NCBI RefSeq assembly: GCF_020745735.1
Contig: NC_083435.1
Span: forward strand, 46,438,498 to 46,502,497
Direction: 5' to 3'
Source: Hemiscyllium ocellatum
Lineage: Eukaryota
Length of the DNA stretch: 64,000 nucleotides
Shown: piece after piece, positions 54,501-64,000 of the stretch
How the letters are laid out: every line of letters starts with the position of its first letter
Numbering within the stretch: position 1 is the first letter of the stretch
Notes under the pieces: generated by a model
Databases searched by the model: none
Told to the model about the DNA's origin: nothing
The model's input: the letters and a program-made list of their open reading frames with translations, nothing else
Program-made: the position numbers and the translations under genes

Positions 54501-57500
54501 AAATCACTCAATTCCGAGCACTTATCCCTGTCTCACTGCATTAGTTACATTGTATATCACTGAGACCCCAGCAGTGATCACTGTCTACACCCCACGTGTT
54601 ACATTGGACTTCACTGAGACCCCAGCACTAATCCCTGTCACACTTCATTAGTTACATTGTAAATCACTGAGACCCCAGCACTGATACCTGTCTCTCTCCA
54701 TTAGTTACATTGTAAATCACTGAGTCCCCAGCACTGATCCGTGTCTCACTCCATTAGTTACATTGTAAGTCATTGAGACCCCAGCACTGATCCCTTTCTC
54801 ACTCCATTAGTTACAGTGTAAATGACTGAGACCCCAGCACTGATCCCTGTCTCACTCCATTAGTTACATTGTAAATCACTGTGTCCCCAGCACTGATCCC
54901 TCTCTCACTCCATTAGTTACATTGTAAACCACTGAGACCCCAGCACTGATCCCTGCCTCACTGCATTAGTTACATTGTAAATCACTGAGACCCCAACACT
55001 GATCCCCTTTTCACTGCATTAGTTACACTGTACGTCCCTGAGACATGTGTACTGTATCCTGTCTTACTCCATGATTTGCACTGTAATTCACTGATATTCC
55101 AGCACTAATCCCTCTCTCATTTTATTAATTACTTTGTAAATCAGAGACCTCAGCACTGATCCCAGTTTTTCCCCATTCGTGACGTTATAAAACTCTGTGA
55201 TCCCTACACTTTTCCCTGTCACACTCCACTTGTTACATTGTAAATCACTGTGTCCCCAGCACTGATCCCTGTCTCACTCCATTGGTTACATTGTAAATCA
55301 CTGATTCCCCAGTACTGAGCCCTGTCTGACTCCATTAGTTACATTATAAATCACTCAGACCCCAGCACTGATCCCTGTCTCACTCCATGAGTTACATAAT
55401 AAATCACTGAGACCCCAGGACTAATCCCTGTCTCACTCCATTAGTTACATTATAAACCACTGACATCACAGCACTGAACCATGTCTCACCCCATTATTGA
55501 CATTGTAAATACTGAGATCCCAGTGCTAATCTCTGTCTCGCACTGATATTTACATTGTAAAGTAGTAAGACCCTAGTACAGATCACTGTGATACTCCGAT
55601 GGTTAAATTGTAAATCACTGAGACCCCAGCACTGATCCCTGTCTCACGCCATTAATTACATTATATATCACTGTGACCCCAGCACTAATCCATCTCCAAC
55701 TGCAATGTTTTTGGTATAGACCACTGACTCCCCAGTACTGGTCTGGTCCCACCCCTTTAGTTACATTGGATTTCCCTGAGACACCAGTACTGATCCATGT
55801 CTCACTCCATTAGTTAATCAATAAACCACTGAATCCCCAGCACTTATCCCTGTCTCACTGCATTAGTTACATTGTATATCACTGAGACCCCAGCAGTGAT
55901 CACTGTCTCACCCCACGTGTTACATTTGACTTCACTGAGACCCCAGCACTAATCCCTGTCACACTTCATTAGTTACATTGTAAATCACTGAGACCCTAGC
56001 ACTGATACCTGTCTCTCTCCATTAGTTACATTGTAAATCACTGAGACCCCAGCACTGATCCCTGTTTCACTCCATTAGTTACATTGTAAATCATTGAAAC
56101 TCCAACACTGATCCCCTTTTGACTGCATTAGTTACACTGTAAATCACGGAGACATGTGTACTGTATCGTGCCTCACTCCATTATTTGCACTGTAATTCAC
56201 TGATATTCCAGCACTAATTCCTCTCTCATTCTATTAGTTACTTTGTAAATCAGAGACCTCAGCACTAATCTCAGTGTTTCCCCATTCGCGACGATGTAAA
56301 ACTCTGTGATCCCTACACTTTTCCCTGTCTCACTCCATTAGTTACATTGTAAATCACTTAGACCCCAGCACTGATCCCTGTCTCACCCCATTAGTGACAT
56401 TGTAAAACTCTGTGACCTCTGCACTTTTCCCTGTCTCATTCCATTAGTTACATTGTAAATCACTGTGTCCCCAGCACTGATCCCTCTCTCACTCCATTAG
56501 TTACATTGTAAATCACTGAGACCCCAGCACTGATCTCTGTCTCACTCCATTAGTGACATTGTAAATCACTGAGACCCCAACACTGATCCCCTTTTCACTG
56601 CATTAGTTACACTGTACGTCCCTGAGACATGTGTACTGTATCCTGTCTTACTCCATGATTTGCACTGTAATTCACTGATATTCCAGCACTAATCCCACTC
56701 TCATTTTATTAATTACTTTGTAAATCAGAGATCTCAGCACTGATCCCAGTTTTTCCCCATTCGTGACGTTGTAAAACTCTGTGATCCCTACACTTTTCCC
56801 TGTCGCACTCCACTTGTTACATTGTAAATCACTATGTCCCCAGCACTGATCCCTGTCTCACTCCATTAGTTACATTGTAAATCACTGATTCCCCAGCACT
56901 GAGCCCTGTCTGACTCCATTAGTTACATTATAAACCACTGAAATCACAGCACTGAACCACGTCTCACCCCATTATTGACATTGTAAATCACTGAGATCCC
57001 AGTGCTAATCTCTGTCTCACACTGATATTTACATTGTAAATTAGTAAGACCCTAGTACAGATCGCTGTGATACTCCGATGGTTAAATTGTAAATCACTGA
57101 GACCCCAGCACTGATCCCTCTCTCACTCCATTAGTTACATTGTAAATCACTGAGACCCCAGCACTGATCCCTGTCTCACGCCATTAATTACATTATATGT
57201 CACTGTGACCCCAGCACTAATCCATGTCCAACTGCAATGTTTTTGGTACAGATCACTGACTCCCCAGCACTGGTCTGGTCCCACCCCTTTAGTTACATTG
57301 GATTTCCCTGAGTCACCAGTACTGATCCATGTCTCACTCCATTCGTTAATCAATAAATCACTGAATTCCGAGCACTTATCCCTGTCTCACTGCATTAGTT
57401 ACATTGTATATCACTGAGACCCCAGCAGTGATCACTGTCTACACCCCACGTGTTACATTGGACTTCACTGAGACCCCAGCACTAATCCCTGTCACACTTC

Positions 57501-60059
57501 ATTAGTTACATTGTAAATCACTGAGACCCCAGCACTGATCCGTGTCTCACTCCATTAGTTACATTGTAAGTCATTGAGACCCCAGCACTGATCCCTTTCT
57601 CACTCCATTAGTTACAGTGTAAATGACTGAGACCCCAGCACTGATCCCTGTCTCACTCCATTAGTTACATTGTAAATCACTGAGACCCCAGCACTGATCC
57701 CTGTCTCACTCCATTAGTTACATTGCAAATCGCTGAGACCCCAGCACTGATCTCTGTCTCACTCCATTAGTTACATTGTAAGTCACTGAGATCCCAGCAC
57801 TGATCCCTGTCTCACTCCATTAGTTACATTGTAAGTCATTGAGACCCCAGCACTGATCCCTCTCTCCCTCCATTAGTTACATTGTAAACCACTGAGACCC
57901 CAGCACTGATCCCTGCCTCACTGCATTAGTTACATTGTAAATCACTGAGACCCCAGCACTGATCTCTGTCTCACTCCATTAGTTACATTGTAAATCACTG
58001 AGACCCCAGCACTGATCCCTGTCTCACTCCATTAGTTACATTGTAAATCACTGAGACCCCAACACTGATCCCCTTTTCTCTCCATTAGTTACACTGTACG
58101 TCCCTGAGACATGTGTACTGTATCCTGTCTTACTCCATGATTTGCACTGTAATTCACTGATATTCCAGCACTAATCCATCTCTCATTTTATTAATTACTT
58201 TGTAAATCAGAGAACTCAGCACTGATCGCAGTTTTTCCTCATTCGTGACGTTGTAAAACTCTGTGTTCCCTACACTTTTCCCTGTCGCACTCCATTAGTT
58301 ACATTGTAAATCACTGTGTCCCCAGCACTGAGCCCTGTCTCACTCCATTAGTTACATTGTAAATCTCTGAGACTCCAACACTGATCACTGTTTCACTCCA
58401 TTAGTTACATTGTAAATCACTGAGACCCCAGCACTGAGCCCTGTCTCACCCCATTAGTTACATTGTAAATCACTGATTCCCCAGCACTGAGCCCTGTCTG
58501 ACTCCATTAGTTACATTATAAATCACTTAGACCCCAGCATTGATCCCTGTCTCACTCCATGAGTTACATAATAAATCAGTGAGACCCCAGGAGTAATCCC
58601 TGTCTCACTCCATTAGTTACATTATAAACCACTGACATCACAGCACTGAACCACGTCTCACCCCATTATTGACATTGTAAATCACTGAGATCCCAGTGCT
58701 AATCTCTGTCTCGCACTGATATTTACATTGTAAAGTAGTAAGACCCTAGTACAGATCACTGTGATACTCCGATGGTTAAATTGTAAATCACTGAGACCCC
58801 AGCACTGATCCCTCTCTCACTCCATTAGTTACATTGTAAGTCACTGAGACCCCAGCACTGATCCCTGTCTCACGCCATTAATTACATTATATATCACTGT
58901 GACCCCAGCACTAATCCCTGTCCAACTGCAATGTTTTTGGTATAGATCACTGACTCCCCTGTACTGGTCTGGTCCCACCCCTTTAGTTACATTGGATTTC
59001 CCTGAGACACCAGTACTGATCCATGTCTCACTCCATTAGTTAATCAATAAACCACTGAATTCCCAGCACTTATCCCTGTCTCACTGCATTAGTTACATTG
59101 TATATCACTGAGACCCCAGCAGTGATCACTGTCTCACCCCACGTGTTACATTTGACTTCACTGAGACCCCAGCACTAATCCCTGTCACACTTCATTAGTT
59201 ACATTGTAAATCACTGAGACCCTAGCACTGATACCTGTCTCTCTCCATTAGTTACATTGTAAATCACTTAGACCCCAGCACTGATCCTTGTCTCACTCCA
59301 TTAGTTACATTGTAAATCACTGAGATCCCAGCACTGATCCCTGTTTCACTCCATTAGTTACATTGTAAATCATTGAAACTCCAACACTGATCCCCTTTTG
59401 ACTGCATTAGTTACACTGTAAATCACGGAGACATGTGTACTGTATCGTGCCTCACTCCATTATTTGCACTGTAATTCACTGATATTCCAGCACTAATTCC
59501 TCTCTCATTCTATTAGTTACTTTGTAAATCAGAGACCTCAGCACTAATCTCAGTGTTTCCCCATTCGCGACGTTGTAAAACTCTGTGATCCCTACACTTT
59601 TCCCTGTCTCACTCCATTAGTTACATTGTAAATCACTTAGACCCCAGCACTGATCCCTGTCTCACCCCATTAGTGACATTGTAAAACTCTGTGACCTCTG
59701 CACTTTTCCCTGTCTCATTCCATTAGTTTCATTGTAAATCACTGTGTCCCCAGCACTGATCGCTCTCTTACTCCATTAGTGACATTGTAAATCACTGAGA
59801 CCCCAGCACTGATCCCTGCCTCACTCCATTAGTCACATTGTAAATCACTGAGCGCCTAGCACAGATCCCTGTCTCACTCCGTTAGTTACATTGTAAATCA
59901 CTGAGACCCCAGCACTGATCCCTATCTCATTAAGTTAGTTATGTTTATTCGTGTTGAGTGCTGCAACTCCATCTCTTTTTCCAGTGTGAACACTTTTAAA
60001 GACATCACTATTTATTGCCATTTGTCCCAGAGCTTCCATGTCTCTCCACAGTAAATACT

Positions 60060-61810
60060 CATTTTGGAAAATACTATTTTGCGATTTGACCCATCTCTGG
60101 CAATTCCATGCCAAAACAGCCTTGCTGATTCTATGGCATCACTATTATAATCCTAGTTACTTTTTTACCTTTAACATACCTGCAGAATCTCTTTGGATTC
60201 TCCTTTTCTCCTTCTGACAAACTATCACATGTTCCATTTTTGCCTTTCTGATTCCCTCCAAGTAGACATCAACATTCACTAAAGACTCCTCGGTGTTTTC
60301 AGTTGACTCTGTCTATCGTTACCTGAGATGTGCCTCCTCCTTTTTCTTGACCAGCGCCTTACTATCTCGAGCCAATCAGTATCCCCTACTTCGCTAACTT
60401 TACTCTCCAAATTAACCCAAGCCCAATGGATCTGAAATCTCGTTAGCTTAGTTTTGAAAGCCTTCCACTTTTCAGACAACTCTTTAACTTCGAACTGCCT
60501 GCCCCAATCAGATTTTGAATGTTGCTGTCTGATACCATCAAAATTGGCATTAGCCCATCTTAGTAAATTAACTTGTGACTCAAAGCTATCCTTTTTCAGA
60601 ACAATGTTTACACCGAAATAATTATTGTCACTTGTCCCAGACTTCTCCCCAATAAACAACTCAGTTACTTGCTTTGTTTCCAAAGAGGAGGTTGATTTTT
60701 GCCCATTCTATCGTCAGGCCATCTGACTTATTATTGAGATTTTCTTTTGAACAGACTTAACAAATTCCTCCCCATCCAAGGCCTTGACACTATTGCAGTC
60801 CCAGTCTATGCTTGGAAGGGTAACATCTCTGACTATTACAACCTTGTTACTCATATTAAAATCCAAGATCTGCCTCCCAATTTGCTCAATTTCTGGCTGA
60901 ATATTCGCAGGCTGAGAGTACAATCCCAGCAAAGTGATCACGCCCTTCTTATTTCTCAATTTCACCAGATAGCTCCTCTGGACGGTCTCATTTGAATCTC
61001 ATCTCAAACTACTGCTGTAATATATCCCCAAGTCAAAAACGCAACTCGCCCTCCTTCTTGGTTACAGAGTCATAGACATATACAGCACAGAAACTGACCA
61101 TTTGGCCCAACTTATCCAGGCCGAGCATATATCCTAACCTAGTCTACTCTGATTTGCCAGCACTTGGCCCATATCCCGCTCAACCTTTTTTATTCATGTA
61201 CCCATCCAGATCCCTTTTAAATGCTGTAATTGTACCAGCCTCCAACACTTCCTCTGGCAGCTCATTCCATACATTTACCACCCTCTGCGTGAAAAGTTTC
61301 CCTGAAACCCCTTTTATATCTTTCGCCTGTCAGCCTCAACTGATACCCTCTAGTTCTGGACTCACCCACTCCAGGGAAAAAAAAACTTTTCTGTTTATCC
61401 TATCCATACCCCTCATGATTTTAGAAACCTCTATAAGGTCACCCCCAGCCTCTGACGCTCCAGGGAAAACAATCCCAGCCTATCCAGCCTCTCCATGGAG
61501 CTCAAAATCTCCAACCCTGGCAATATACTTTTAAACCTTTTCTGAACCCTTTCAATGTTCACAACATCCTTCTGATAGGATCGAAACCAGAACTGCATGC
61601 AATATTGGAAACGCTGCCAAAACAACATCCTGTACAGACATCCCAATTCTATACTCAATGCTCTGACCAAGAAAGGAAAGTATACTAACTGCCTTCTTCA
61701 CTATCCTATCTACCTGCGACTCTCCTTTCAGTGAACCATGAACCTGCACTCCAAGATCTCTTTGTTCAGCAACACTCCCTAGGATTTTACCATTAGGAGT
61801 ATGAGTCCTG
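60060..61810 (-). mobile_element. Two CR1 pieces: endonuclease-region remnant (60060-61050) and 3' end (61065-61810)
   Basis: KLRNKKGVITLLGLY, DGEEFVKSVQ; LGVQVHGSLKGESQVDRIVKKA. Confidence 0.85.
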
Positions 61811-62189
61811 CTGGGATTTAGTTTTCTTGTTCCCCGGAACATTTCGCTACTTGCATTGCTCTTCTCTCTGCAATGCTTTTGCAATAGTTGTGATATTCCT
61901 TTCCCACTCTCCCACCCATGCCCTGAAATCATCTGCACTATCTATCATACGTCATGCATTCAGATTAATGCAGTCAAATTCATCATATTTCTCATTCCTG
62001 GCTGTTTTTGTTTTTGCCTCCCTTAAGTATCTGTACCTTCTGTACCAGTCTCAGGCTTCTCCCTTGTGTCACGACTGTTTTGGCTGTTCCCACCAACAGT
62101 ATTGATGACGGTATATTTGTTCGAGGGGGGAGGTCCACAGGAGAATCGTGTATGATCTGCCTCTCCCAGCGCTCACCAATCCACCTGGT

Positions 62190-62690
62190 CATCCGGCGAA
62201 GGTTCACCAGACTGATTCCAGGAATGGCAGGACTACATATGAAGAAAGACTGGATAAACTGGAGATCTCATGGAGATATACCAAATCGTAATGGAACAGG
62301 GTAGGGTAGATGCAGCATGTTGGGGAAGCCCAAAACTCGGGGTCACAATCGACGAATAAGGGCTACCCATCCGGGACTGAGATGAGGGAGAATTCCATCA
62401 TTGAGTGAGTTGTGAACCTGTGGTTTCTCTCACACAGGAAACAATTGGGGCCGATGTATTAGACATTTTATAGAGGAAGATGGGCGTGACCTTGCAGCTA
62501 AAGGAGGTCAAGGGAGACCGAGAGAAAGCAGTATTAGGTTATTGTGATTGGAGAAAGAGAAGGCTGCAGAAGCTGGACAATCAGAGTCCAAAAGGGTGCC
62601 GCTGAAAAAGCACAATAGGCCAGGCAGCAACCGAGGAGCAGGTGAGTCGATGTTGCCAGCAAAAACCCTTCATCAGGAACTTCCTGTGCC
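62190..62690 (+). mobile_element. Degenerate CR1 3' remnant and Penelope pLTR remnant (62560-62680)
   Basis: RRRFTRLIPGMAGL; reverse GTTCCTGATGAAGGGTTTTTGC. Confidence 0.6.
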
Positions 62691-63429
62691 AACCAAGCAT
62701 CTCATCTGACTGAACCCAATTTGCCAGTATGTCCTCATATCTCCCTACACCCTTACTGTTAATATCCCCTTCATCTGGCCGCTCATTCTGATATGGAGTA
62801 CACACGTTATGCAGAATTTATCCATCACAACCTTTTTAAAATCTTTCCCCATCACGTTAAATCTATGCCCTCTACATTTGGACTCCTTGGTTATTCACTT
62901 TATCCACATCCTTCATGATTTTATAAGCATTTATGACGCCTGTTTAATACATATCATCGATGATGAAAACCCTGATTAGGTTTGTGTCCTTGATTTGTGA
63001 GCTGATCTCTCAGAACGAGTGCACTCCAAGTTGTATTTGAAGGCTGATACTTAAAAACAATTTGTGGGGCACGCGAGATAAACTTATTTTTTATACACTG
63101 CATCAGTTTTTACATGTAAAAGTGTAAAGAAGGGTTGCCCAGTGATTTGAGAACTATCTTGAGGTTAATGAAAAGCTGTAAAAAGCGATTTCCATTATTT
63201 GATCCCACAATATTTAGAGGTACAGTTTTACTGCATTGTAGATTGTTGGGGAAATATACAAATGAATGCATTACACAGATCTGGTATTAATGCCTACCAA
63301 TTGTTTGTTGCTGAGTCACTGATATGTTCCAATTTGATGAACATTGGATGAAAACTTGAAGAAATTAACTTGCGGAGTTATGAGGTGAAATATGGTAATG
63401 GTTCTGAATGACTTAGTTTGGACAGTACA

Positions 63430-63745
63430 GCAGGGCGGGTTAGTGGTTAGCACTGCTGCCTCACAGCGCCGGGAATCCGGGTCGGACTCCAGCCTCGGGC
63501 GACTGCCTGCGTGGAGTTTGCACCTTTTCTCTGTGTCTACGTGGGTTTCCTCCCACACTCCAAAGATGTGTAGGTTAGGTGAATTTGCTACGATAAATTG
63601 TCCATAGTGTTCAGGGATGTATAGGTTAGTGCATTAGTCAGGGGTAAATATAGAGTAGTAGGGTTGGAGAATGTGTGTGGCTGGGGTAGTCTTCAGCAGC
63701 TCCGTATAGACTTGTTAGGCTGAAGTGCCTGTTTCCACACTGTTG
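63430..63745 (+). mobile_element. HE1 SINE
   Basis: GTGGTTAGCACTGCTGCCTCACAGCGCC head, V-core, GCCTGTTTCCACACTGT tail. Confidence 0.85.
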
Positions 63746-64000
63746 GGGTTCTCTGAACCTCCATGAAGTCTCTGGATGGTGCACTCCCAGTGATTCTGTG
63801 AAACTGCAACATGCTTTTTGGATGTTTTCATCTTGAATAATTAATGAAGTGGTGACAGCGAGCAGCATGGGACGGCACCAGGCTTTGCTTTTGATGCCCT
63901 TATCTTCCAACTGAAGATTTAAACACCTGTTCCAAATCAGAGCCTTCAAATCTATCATTTTCATATCTAACATTTTTGGAGCATCCAGAATTACATTCCA

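Noticed and set aside
63638-64000. 111-aa ORF, and an alternative frame with apple-domain-like FEGSDLEQVF...RCHHF
   Set aside because: Key cysteines missing, in-frame stop, window edge; not supportable without a search

Overview
Repeat-rich elasmobranch (shark) genomic DNA with four N-gaps; a carpet-shark relative of the nurse shark is inferred from class I similarity and HE1 SINEs. The main gene is an MHC class I heavy chain of the UAA (classical-like) lineage on the minus strand. Its seven coding exons (leader 22106-22056/22052, alpha1, alpha2, alpha3, TM, cyto1, cyto2 ending at stop 9191) were traced by hand with GT-AG sites, and the peptide-anchoring residues are intact. The leader's strongest splice donor is out of phase with alpha1. 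A near-textbook MHC S-X-Y promoter module sits 14 kb upstream (36162-36233, minus strand). Bases ~42440-59930 are a 53-bp satellite whose monomer is collinear with the CR1 LINE reverse-transcriptase '[13 protein letters not shown]' segment and which shows a ~1585-bp (30-mer) higher-order repeat. The array is split in register by a 1.47-kb cassette: a decayed ALKBH5 exon 1, its splice donor, presumed intron 1, and a CR1 3' tail. The rest is CR1/L2 LINEs, HE1 and Deu SINEs, Penelope-like fragments with minimal hammerhead motifs, an ERV LTR with a His PBS, solo LTRs and intronic minisatellites. All homology calls come from remembered sequences, not database searches.
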